Position numbers and translations under genes: made by a program. A model generated the notes under the pieces. That model saw only the letters and a program-made list of their open reading frames with translations, did no database searches and was not told the DNA's origin. A stretch of DNA of 64,000 nucleotides from Octopus sinensis (taxonomy: Eukaryota): contig NC_042997.1 in the NCBI RefSeq assembly GCF_006345805.1, positions 200,508,001 through 200,572,000 on the forward strand, in the 5' to 3' direction. This document shows, piece by piece, positions 52,703 through 64,000 of this stretch; the first letter of the stretch is position 1; each line of letters starts with the position of its first letter.

Positions 52703-53750
52703 TGTAGAATGCATGGTGAGAGGGGTGAAATGGTATGGCACATCGTTAGTGAATACCCCAAACTGGCACATCGTAAATACAAAAGACACTATGTTAATGT
52801 GGCAAGAATGATCCATTGGGTGCTCTGTGGAAATTATGGCCTACAAAGAGCAAAGTCATAGTATTATCAAACCCCAGAAGGAGTCACTGGAAATGAGAAT
52901 TGCAAAATCTTGTGGGATGCAATCATCCAGTACGACCACCTGACCAGACATTGGAAACTGGACATTGTTGTAGTGAATAAAAAAGAAAGAACACGTTTGA
53001 TAATCGACATAGCATGTCCCAATGATAACAGTATCAATGTGAAAGAAGAAGATGACGATTTGAAGTAGGAAATATGAATGCTGTGGTCAATGAAGAGAGT
53101 AGTCATGATACCAACAGTAACTGGTGCACCAGGAAATATCAGCACTCAACTACCAACATGACTGAAAGAGAATGGTGCAAGTGTGAAGATAGGAGACCTA
53201 CAAATATCATCATTGCTTGGAACTGCAATAATTCTTTGCAAGAGTAGCTGTGTGGTAAGTAGCTTGCTTACCAACCACATGGTTCCGGGTTCAGTTCACT
53301 GTGTGGCAACTTGGGCAAGTGTCTTCTACTATAGTCTTGGGCTGATCAAAGCCTTGTGAGTGGATTTGGTAGACGGAAACTGAAAGAAGCCCGTCATATA
53401 TATGTATATGCATATATGTGTGTGTGTGTGTGTTTGTGTGTCTGTGTTTGTCCCCCTCAACATCACTTGACAACCGATGCTGGTGTGTTTACGTGCCTGT
53501 AACTTATCAGTTCAGCATAAGTGACTGATAGAATAAGTACTAGGCTTACAAAGAATAAGTCCTAGGGGCGATTTCCTCGACTAAAAGGCGGTACTCCAGC
53601 ATGGCCACAGTCAAATGACTGAAACAAGTAAAAGAGGGTTCTTGAAGCATGACCAGTAAACAAGTGTCACTTTAGTCTGTTGACTGAGGACAGCTGACAT
53701 TTTCCATACCCTGTAAAATAAGCTGGGAGTTTATATTTAATAATAATAAT
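52703..53750 (+). mobile_element. R4/Dong-clade non-LTR retrotransposon 3' end (zinc knuckle plus restriction-like endonuclease), interrupted by SINE A
   Basis: CRMHGERGEMVWHIVSEYPKLAHRKYKRH...IHWVLC...PEGVTGNENCKILWD...KLDIVVVNK...LIIDIACP...LLGTAIILCK|SINE|VLEA*. In-frame stops; ends in (TAA)n. Confidence 0.85.
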
Positions 53751-53779
53751 GATAGTTATTGCATTATTATTTCACACAT

Positions 53780-54950
53780 GGACAAAAAGAGAAACCTTCA
53801 GTACAAGAACTTTGTTGCATTAATGAGCTTCTTAAATAGCATCATTGTGAACGATAGCAAACAAAACTACTTAGGGACATCTTCTTTGATGAAATGGTTA
53901 ATTGAAAGAAGGAAATTAAAAGATGCATTTCTTTACAATTTCCTCATGAAATACCAAGAGAAATCATTTAGTTATTTATTTATTTATCTATTTATCTTAA
54001 TTTTTATTTTTTACAAAATCAGTTTTATTGAAATTGGTAAGAAAAATATTCTGAAAAGATGAAAAGCTTTCAAAGAGAATTGAGTCTTCACATTCTTTGA
54101 TATTTGTTTGGTTGTTTAAGTAAAATTAAATCCTATTAACAAATACTTTAAAATCACTAAAGAAGAAATTGCTTACTTCCTTAGCACTAATAATTCTAAG
54201 GCATCAACATTTATGAAACATATTCAAACTAATATTAAAATGTCGATTTATAAATAGTCAAAACAAATATTCCCCAAAAAATTTCCAAAAATTCTAATAG
54301 CAAAGAAACACATTACTTTGATCTCAAAGCACCTTTTCCTTGACAAAATTTTCAAAATCTCTGACATTGAAGTAAAAGGTTGGCTGTCTCTCAATAAAAG
54401 AAAATTATTCAAAGACTTTGGTATTTTTTGGCATTGATATAAAAAATATATCTTCTGAGGTTTTAATTTTTATAAGTTCATTTGAAATATTGTACCATCT
54501 CTCTTACAGCCAGCTTCCTTATCATTCCATCCTCATCATAATCATCGAAATAAAAATTTATATTTATGCTGTTTGGTTTACAAATTTGCTTCTCTGAATT
54601 GAACTCAAAACCAAGAGGCTGCGAAGCAAATTTGTTAACCAAACAGCATAAATCAATTATTTCTTTTTTCCTGTGGCTTCAGTTTGCCTGCAATCAAAGC
54701 ACATATTTCACACCAGGTCAGAAGATTAATAACCAACAAATATTTATCTACATCCAATGCAGCTGTTTTTGTTGATGTCACTAATATTGGGAGAAAGTCA
54801 TAAACTTCCTTATTAACAGTCATCTCCTCGTTACACATAAATATGAGGCCTTGTAATGTAGTGTAAGAAATCAATATATATCCAGCAAGGATTTTAACTG
54901 CCTGAGTAATAAATTTAATGTAAGCACCACTACTCAATGGTTCCATACAA
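53780..54950 (+). pseudogene. Possible very old hAT transposase fossil
   Basis: Scattered motifs (NILKR*KAF, NKYF, NKFNVST) in the order expected for hAT; heavily broken. Confidence 0.3.
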
Positions 54951-56219
54951 TAATTTTATTTGCTAAATAGGATTCTATATATTAATCCAATTTATCTGAA
55001 AATCTAATCATTATCTTACCTGAAAATATTTACTCATATATGGACTTTCAATATTTACATTTTATGACAAAAGTCAATGGAAATAATTATGAAACCATCA
55101 ATAATAATAATAATTCTTTCTGCTTAGGCACATGGTCCCAAATCTTGGGGAGAAACTAGTCAATTATTGATCCCAGCACTTAACTGGTACTTATCTTATT
55201 GACCCTGAAAGGATGGAAGTCAAAGTCGACCCCTGTGGAATTTGAACTCAGAATGTACAGACAGATGAAATGACACTAGGTACTAGGTGTGGTAATGGTT
55301 CTGCAAGCCCAACAACAACAATTTCAAATTTTGGTACAAGGTTAGCAAGCTAGCTGGGAAGGGAGCTCGATTACATCAACCCCATTGCTCAACCGGTACT
55401 TATTCTATCGACCCCAAAATGATGAAAGGCAAAGTTGACTTTGATGGGATTTGAACTCAAAATGTGAAGACAGATAAAGTGCCTCTAAGCATTTTGCCCA
55501 GTGGGCTAATGATTCTGCTTGCTCAATACCTTCACAACAACAGGAATGATTTCAAAATTTGGAAGAAGGCCAGTGATTTTCGGTAGAGAAAATTACTCAA
55601 CTATCTCAACTCAAGTGCTGAAACATTTTAACCTACACCAGTTCTGCATAACCAGCCCATTTAAAAAGTACCCTTGAATTGTCGGGCGACATGCCATACT
55701 TGAGGAGACCTACTGAGTCAAGTAAAATCAAAATCAAAATCAAAAATCAAATCACAATAAAATGGAAATTGTAGTTGTGGCCAATGCCGGTGCCACCTGA
55801 CAATCTCTCGTGCTGGTGGCATGCAATAAGCATCATTCATGCGTGGGTCATTGCCAGTGCTGCCTGACTTGCTCCCCATGCTGGTGGCATGTAAAAAGTA
55901 CCATCTAAATATGGTCAATGCCAGCTTCACCGCCCTGACTGGCTCCTGTGCCAGTAGCATGTAAAAAGCACCATCCGAGCGTGGCTGATGCCAGTGCCAC
56001 CTAACTGGGTCCTGTGTCAGTGGCACATAAAAAGCATCCACTACACTTGTGGAGTGGTTGGCATTAGGAAGGGCATCCAGCTGTAGAAACATTGCCAGAT
56101 CAGATTGGACCTGGTGTGGCCTCCTGACTTGCCATCCCTCAGTTAAACTGTCCAACCCATGCCAGCATGGAAAAGGGACGTTAAACAATGATGATGATCA
56201 CACAAATGTTTTTTCCACA

Positions 56220-59200
56220 ACCACTAAGTTAAGAGAAAATTTCCCACTCTTTCTTGTGAAAGGAAGGCAGGAGATCAGTCTTCTCAGACTTAGCTAATGG
56301 CCTTTTCTGTCTCACATATGACAAAAGTGGTTGAACAAACTTCAACAGATCAGAACTGCCCCATCACTGTTCAGAGATTATAATCTCCAAAGAGAATGTT
56401 CTCCAGAAGAGATTTCTCATTTTGTTTTTGTGAATTCTCAAGATTACTCCTGGGTCAATGCCACTTTTACCTTCCATTAATTTCTTGAAAATGGCCCTTC
56501 ACCAGCCATATTCTTAGAATGCAAAACCTTGGCAAGTTCCTGTTAACAGATGTGGTGTAGGCGGTGAGCTGGCAGAAACGTTAGCAGTATTTCGTCTGTC
56601 TTTACATCCTGAGTTCAAATTCCGCCAAGGTCATCTTAGCCTTTCATCCTTTCGGGGTCGATAAATTAAGTACCAGTTACGCACTAGAGTCGATGTAATC
56701 GACTTAATCCCTTTGTCTGTCCTTGTTTGTGTCCCCTCTGTGTTTAGCCTCTTGTGGGCAATAAAGAAATAAAAGATGTAGTGTATAGCATAAGAACAAG
56801 ATTTAGTGGTGACATTAAAGAAGCAAGTGGTGGAAGTTTTGCAGAACTCTACAAACCAACACAGGACAGACATGGGTGGAGGGCTGCAGTGAGTCAATTA
56901 TTTGAGTCTTTGTTATGTCACACATTCGGATGCCTCTACTACTCAACTCTACTCAACTCTACTCTGTTCTAGTCTGCTACTCTTCTACTCACTTCTAGTC
57001 TACGACTGCTACTCTACCCTGTTCTGTGCTCTTGACGTCTAGACTTCTCCCTCTACATCTACGTACTGGGTTAGCCTACTTCATCGTCTGGGGGCGTCCA
57101 CACAACAGTCTTCTGTCTTGAGAAGATGAACTTTCTATTGAATGTAAAGGTCAATTTCACATTCTAATTGCTTTGACCAGCTTGTTAGAACATAGTGAGC
57201 ACCTGCCAACGTTTCAAAATATTAACTTGAAGGAAGAGATTTGCTAATGAGTTTTGTAAAATGGAAAAAAGAATAAGCTTTAACTTCAACATAGAATGAA
57301 TTGCTCCAGGTGTTTAAGCTGTGACATGTTTCTTTGACTAGCTGCGGGTTTCGTGTCAATTCTGTTTGCTAGTGCTTTTGCTTGTATATAAATATCGTGA
57401 AGTATATAACCATGTCTCTGGTCTGCATAAACTGATATTAATCTTTCACTTGATTCTGCATAGCCAATGGGACACACCGAACTTCTAGCAAGGTGAATGA
57501 TAAAAGGCAGCTAAATCCAGACAAGCACAGATTGATTATCTCCAAAAATACAAAAACTGAAAAATGTCATCAGTAAATGTGTGTATGAGACAACATTGTT
57601 ACTGTAAAATGAAGCTTTGATTCAAAAGTAATTCTGTATGATATTGTTGACACATCAATATATCAAGGCGTGGGAGTGGCTGTGTGGTAAGTAGCTTGCT
57701 TACCAAGCACATGGTTCCGGGTTCAGTCCCACTGCGTAGCACCTTGGTCAAGTGTCTTCTATTATAGCCTCAGGTGGACTGAAGCCTTGTCAGTGGATTT
57801 GGTAGATGGAAAACTGAAAGAAGCCTGTTGTATATATGTTTATATATATATAGGTGTGTGTGTGTATGTATATATATATATATACATATATTGATGATGA
57901 TGATATATATATATGAATGTATGTGTTTGTGTGTCTGTGTTTGTTCCCCCAACATCACTTGTGTTGGTGTGTTTACATCTCTGTAACTTAATGGTTTGGC
58001 AAAAGAGACTGATAGAATAAGTACTAGGGTTACAAAGAATAAGTCCTGGGGTCAATTTGCTTGACTGAAGGTGATGCTCCAGCATGGCTGCAGTCAAATG
58101 ACTGAAACAAATAAAAGAATAGCAAATAAATGTCCAAAGAGTGCCTGGTTGAGAAAAGCATCTTCTTTCAAAAAGTATGTACATGGTTGACAATTATTAA
58201 TGAAATAATTCTTTTGATGAAAGTAAACAAAGTTTTTTTTTAGATACAGAAATAGTTATACTCAAACACGTGATAATGCTGATAAAATAGTGTGAACAGG
58301 ATAAATTATCCATACTATACAGAAAAATACTTTACTGCTCAGCCATAAGACTCGAACTCACATCCCAGTAATTACGTGTCAAGTGCTTTACCATTAAGCT
58401 AAACTGCTCAGTAATGAATTCTTCTGCAATTTTAGAATTTATAAATTTAGCTCTATAAGACGCTAATGTTAAATTTAAATTATGATGAACACAAACAAAT
58501 AAAGTTTGCATTAGAAGAATTGAGATGTATTGAAAAATACAGAAATTCTTTGTTTTGGATATCAAGTCAAAATTGAATTGCTTCATTTCTATTCTTATGT
58601 GTAGATATCAATTCCCAATATTGTTTTATATTTACACAAAAGGAACTGACATAATCCTGCTAATTAATCCCTGGTAGTCATGTTCAGTATATTTAATGAT
58701 TGAATAACAAAAATAATTATCTTCAACAGTTCACTAAACAGCTTTAATATACATAAGATAATTTTTTTTTATATGCATGTGATGTGTCTGAATAAAGAAA
58801 TAGTGAAGTTGTCAAAAGATTGATTTGAATCCAAACATATTTGATGTGAGGAAAATTATCTTATTACATATTAGCCCAAAAAACATGCCTACCAGCCACA
58901 ATAAGAAAGATTCCTTAAAGAGAGCTGAGCTCCAAGTTTTTTATGAACCTGCCAAAACAGTCTGGAATGTTCCATGAAGCTTTTAGGCACAAAAACTAAA
59001 CTTTTCTCTTTGACTGTCACTGAATATCACAAACTGACACCAAAGATGATTCCCTGGAGAAAATGTCAGTAGGCTTATAGCACAGTTCCAGTCAATATTA
59101 CCAAATAAAGAAATATTTGCTAAAGATTTTAACTTTTGAAATGCTTTGAATTTGAGGAAGCCTGTCTGTTATATTCCGAGATTGGGTATCACATTATAAG

Positions 59201-59380
59201 TTTCCACTAACACCAGCTGTATTTGATGATATTCACAAAATATTTTACTTTAAGGCATGTAGTTAGGATTCTTTTCCTAATCCCCCATACTTTACAATGC
59301 CTTGGAGACAACGTTTTTATATCAGAGTCTGTGGGTCAATGGCTATGCTTCAATCTTCAAAGTTTTTATTCATTGTTGAA
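56220..59380 (-). pseudogene. Old hAT (ZMYM1/PRKRIR-like) transposase fossil interrupted by SINE/LINE insertions
   Basis: Collinear minus-strand remnants: FVCVHHNLNL (CxxH region), DIYIQAKALANRIDTKP, VCSTTFVICETEKAIS (dimerisation TLPVTSCExERSFS-like). Confidence 0.55.
56780..56915 (+). mobile_element. Short RTE 3' remnant
   Basis: RTRFSGDIKE...QDRHGWRAAV. Confidence 0.55.
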
Positions 59381-59403
59381 ATAATGAACACAAATTCAGA
59401 ATT

Positions 59404-60164
59404 ATTTACAATTGATGGATATTTGTCCTGATCTCATTTGTTGTTAACACAACATTTCAGCTGATATACCCTCTAGCCTTCATCAGGTGTCTTGGGAAAA
59501 TTTTGAACCTGGGTTCTCATTCCTAAGGTATTTTCCCAATGTTATTATTATTATGGCATAGTGGTTAAGAGCACGGGCTGCTAGCTCCAAGATTCTGAGT
59601 TCAATTCCAGGCAGTGACCTGAATAATAATAATAACATCGGAAAAATACCTTAGGAATGAGAACCCAGATTCGAAATTTTCCCAGGGCACCTGACGATGG
59701 CTGGAGAGTACATCAGCTGAAATGTTATGTTAACAACAAACGAGATGAGGACAAATATCCGTCAAATGTAAATAATATAAATAATTCCTCATCTGTTAAA
59801 TATTGCTGAAACCTCCTTCGGTCATGACTGACCATGTGATTGCACCTAGAAAGTTACCCTCCCAGGCACAAGTCCGGGCAAGGTTGTTTATGGAAGACCA
59901 GCAGTCGCCCATGCATACTAGCCTCCCTTCTTCATGCCACCAGTGTTATCCAAGGGAAAGGCAAAGGTCGATACAGCTTGGCCCCTGTGACATTGCAACT
60001 CATTTCTACAGCTGAGTGAACTGGAGCAACGTGAAATAAAGTGTCTTGCTCAAGAACACAACACACAGCCCAGTCCGGGATTCGAACTCGCAACCTCATG
60101 ATCGTAAGCCCAACGCTCTAACCACTAAGCCATGCGCCTTCACATGTCAAATATAGAACTGCAA
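59404..60164. mobile_element. Composite HHR-SINE insertion: inverted partial copy (-) plus full copy (+), 12-bp TSD; SINE E nested in the tail
   Basis: HHRs at 59446-59491(-) and 59686-59731(+); tRNA head about 59554-59620; AAATTCAGAATT at 59392-59403 and 60165-60176. Confidence 0.75.
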
Positions 60165-61068
60165 AAATTCAGAATTGTGATTAAAAAGACATTCTGTAAT
60201 AAATCAGCAGATACTGATAAAATAACTAACTCATTAATTTTCCTCACGCACTGATTAATAAATAATACATTTTGTATTTGTGATATGTAAAATATTATTT
60301 AGATTTCTTCAAATAATTTTCTAAAATGAGATCAAGCTCAGTTTTTCATTCAGTGAAATATTAAAAATTATCCTAATATCCAAGTTCCTCTTCCTCACAT
60401 TCTCCACAGGATGTTTTTCTTATCCATTTTGATTAACTGAATAATGACGTCAAATGCTGAACAAATCATTTCATTGTTTGTTTGATTATCTGAGACTACA
60501 AAATATCCAGTATTTCTTATAATAAACAGTTAAGAATGTTGTCACTGTATTGCATTGATTTTTTTTTATATGCTCCGTTCACAATATTTTGATATTAAAG
60601 CTTTTCTTAGCTGGTAAAAAATCATCATCATGGCTGTGTGGTAAGTAGCTTGCTTACCAGCCACATCGTTCCGGGTTCAGTCTCACTGTGTGGCACCTTG
60701 GGCAAGTGTCTTCTATATAGCTTTGGGCTGACCAAAGCCTTGTTAGCAGATTTGGTAGACGGAAACTGAAAGAAGCCTATCGTATATATGTATCATAATC
60801 ATCATCGTTTAACGTCCGTTTTCCGCGCTAGCACGGGTTGGACGGTTCGACCAGGGTCTGGGAAGCCAGGGGCTGCTCCAAGCTCCAGTCTGATCTGGCA
60901 GTGTTTCTACAGCTGGATGCCCTTCCTAAAGCCAACCACTCCGCGAGTGTAGTGGGTGCTTTTTACGTGACACCTGCACAGGTGTCAGGGGAGTCCGGCA
61001 TCGGCCACGATCGGTTGGTGCTTTTAACGTGCCACCGGCACGGAAGCCAGCCAAGGTGGTGCTGGCAT

Positions 61069-61101
<33 letters not shown>

Positions 61102-61611
61102 TTGTGTGTCTGTGTTTGCCTCCCCACCATGGCTTGACAACCGATGCTGGTGTGTTTATGTCCCTGTAACTTAGTGGTTTGGTGAAAGAGACCGACAGAA
61201 TAAGTACTAGGCTTACAAAGAATAAGTCCTGGGCGCGATGTGCTCGACTAGAAGGTGGTGCTCCAGCATGGCCACAGTATCCTCCTGTGGAGTATCCTCC
61301 TCCTCATCATCATTATCATCATCATCATCATCGTTGTCGTTGTTTAATGTCTGTTTTCTATGCTGTCATGGGTTGGACGGTTTGACTGAGTACTGGCAAG
61401 ACAGGAGGCTGCATCAGGCTCCAATCTGATCTGGCAAGGTTTCTACAGCACTACGTTATATCTATGTTATATCTCCCTCTGAGAATGTAGTGGGTGCTTT
61501 TTATGTGCCATTGGCACAGGAGCCAGTCAGGCAGCACTGATGTTGGCCACGTTTGGATGGTGCTTTTTACGTGCTATTGGCATAGGAGCCAGTTGGGGTG
61601 GGGTTGAGGGA

Positions 61612-61955
61612 CTGGCATCGACCACGTTTGGATGGTGCTTATTGTGTTCCACCAGCACGGGAGCCAATCAGGCAGCACTGGCATCGGCCACGTTTCGATG
61701 GTGCTTATTGTGTTCCACCAGCACGGGAGCCAATCAGGCAGCACTGGCATCGGCCACGTTTGGATGGTGCTTATTGTGTTCCACCAGCACGGGAGCCAAT
61801 CAGGCAGCACTGGCATCGGCCATGTTTGGATGGTGCTTATTGTGTTCCACCAGCACGGGAGCCAATCAGGCAGCACTGGCATCGGCCACGTTTGGATGGT
61901 GCTTATTGTGTTCCACCAGCACGGGAGCCAATCAGGCAGCACTGGCATCGGCCAC
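61612..61955. repeat. 66-bp tandem repeat x5 inside a family C element
   Basis: Unit starts at 61614, 61680, 61746, 61812, 61878; near identical; gives the 22-aa repeat ORFs. Confidence 0.95.
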
Positions 61956-62077
61956 CACTACAATTTCCATTTTTGATTGTGATTTGATTGAGATTCTGAT
62001 TGAGATTTTGAAAGGCTTAGATGATGCATTTATCTAATCAGTACAACAGTTTCATATCAACTATACACTATTATGGT

Positions 62078-62355
62078 CAGTGGCGGACTGGGTCTATAAA
62101 TATTGGTTGCCAGGAGACTAAGGGAGGCCATCCGCAACTACAAGGGGTGGGGGCACCTGCAACTGCAATGCTATCATTTAAATTTTTTTTGTTAAAAGTA
62201 TTCTTTTTCAACTGTCTACAAACACAGCCAGGCTGAAATAATTAATGCATTCTCAAACTTGAGGGGATAGGCCCCTTAGATACTAACATGTGCCCCTATA
62301 TATATGGACTCTACTGGCACATTGGTAAGCTGGCAACCTAGCCAGTCCACCACTG
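62078..62355. mobile_element. hAT-like MITE
   Basis: TIRs CAGTGGCGGACTGG / CCAGTCCACCACTG. Flanking 8-mers ATTATGGT / ACTATGAT match 6 of 8 (decayed TSD). Confidence 0.7.
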
Positions 62356-62464
62356 ACTATGATTAGATCATAAACAGAAAATATAGATTCCTTATGAAAA
62401 TTCTTTACTTTTTGAAATATCCTTCCTTTATTATTAATTATGGTCTAGAAATGCTAAAATTTCA

Positions 62465-62590
62465 AGAGACAGATAGAGAGAGAGAGAGAGAGACAGATAG
62501 ATTGAGAGATAGATAGAATAGATAGATAGATAAATAAATAGATAGATAGATAGAATAGATAGATAGATAGATAGAATAGAATAGATAGAG

Positions 62591-62621
<31 letters not shown>

Positions 62622-62657
62622 CAGATAGACAGATAGACAGATAGATAGATAGATAGA

Positions 62658-62718
<61 letters not shown>

Positions 62719-62765
62719 ATGGGTAGATACATAGACAGACAGACAAATAAATAGATAGATAGTTG
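62465..62765. repeat. (GA)n/(GATA)n microsatellite
   Basis: Directly visible. Confidence 0.95.
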
Positions 62766-63551
62766 GATGTATAGATATAAATACAGTTAAATGCATCAGC
62801 ATTTTCTGTTGTAAATTAATGCAAATTTTTTTGATAAGTAAGCATTGAACATCAAATAATGGGATTATAACACCATTTTTTGATGAAGTGTATTATTCTT
62901 AATGGTTTACATTTACTGGTTAATGAAATCACGGAACATCAGAAAATTCTTGAAATAAAATAAGCCCAAAATGGAATTTTGAAATTTCATTATTTTATTA
63001 TGGTGGAAATTATATAAATTGTCTTAGGTTCGAGGCAGAGAAGGAGAGAAAAAGAGAGAGAGAGGGGGAGGGAGAAGGAGAGTAATTTATTTTGCAGAAC
63101 TTCAACGGTCAAAACTTGAAGTGTGATGAAGAACGTTATGAATTTATAATGTCTGAAAGATAATACAAAAAGAAGAAAAAGAAGGAAATTGCTTGATTCA
63201 TTCGGACAAAATTTCTGTGACTGAGATTTGCATTGTTATTCATTTGTCCTTTTTATTATCCTCTATCTTTTTCTCTTTTGCTTGTTTCAGACATTAGACT
63301 GTGCCCATGCTGGGGCACCACCTTGGAGAATTCTTAGCTGAATGAATTGAACCCCGATACTTATTGTTTTAAAGCCTAGTACTTATTCTGTCTGTCTCTT
63401 TTGCTGAGCCACTAAGTTATGGGGATGTAAACACACCAACAACAGTTGTGAAGTGGCAGTGGCAGACAAACACAGACACAAAAGCACACACACATAGATA
63501 TATAAATATATGCATATACGTATCTATCTAGCTGTCTGTCTGACTGTCTGA

Positions 63552-63585
<34 letters not shown>

Positions 63586-64000
63586 CTCTATTTATATGTC
63601 TGTCTATCTCTCTATCTATCTGTCTGTCTATCTATCCGTCTGTTTAGCTGCCAGCCTGTCTGCCTGCTTGCCTGCCTCTCTGTCTATCTATCTATCTATC
63701 TATCTATATGCAAGAGGCTTCTTTCAGTTTCCATCTACCAAATCCATTCATAAGGCCTTGGTAAGCCCAGGTGCTATAACAGAAGAGACTTGTCCAAGGT
63801 GTCATGCAGTGGACTGAACTGGACCAAGTGGTTGGGAAGCAAGCTTGTAACCACATAACCATGCCTGTGCCATAGTAATTCATTAATTAATTAATTATCT
63901 TATTTTTTAAGTCTATCACAATTAGTCAACAATAAAATATTGGTCAAAATTTAACAATGACCAATCACTCATTCACTGGTTTTCATTAAATTACAAGAAT

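Overview
Eukaryotic, very AT-rich, repeat-saturated DNA. The interspersed repeats and the dense (TA)n/(TATG)n/(CAT)n/(AAT)n/(GATA)n microsatellites look like an octopus (coleoid cephalopod) genome; this is recognition from memory, not a database result. I find no intact host protein-coding gene, only one candidate exon at about 30.4-30.7 kb. Most track ORFs are microsatellite or SINE translations. The window holds several tRNA-derived SINE families, RTE, CR1 and R4/Dong LINE 3' remnants, three Tc1/mariner fossils with different DDx spacings, hAT fossils and MITEs, a piggyBac-like MITE, a Helitron-like element and three tandem arrays. The main signal not shown by the ORF track is at least 11 minimal type-I hammerhead-ribozyme (HHR) motifs from about 5-6 sequence families, of the kind known from Penelope-like elements (PLEs). 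Six belong to one short element, [tRNA-like Pol III head]-(AAT)n-[HHR]-tail, which also occurs as inverted pairs, one of them bounded by a 12-bp target-site duplication. I infer it is a candidate PLE-mobilised, ribozyme-bearing SINE. Repeat boundaries were read by eye and are approximate.
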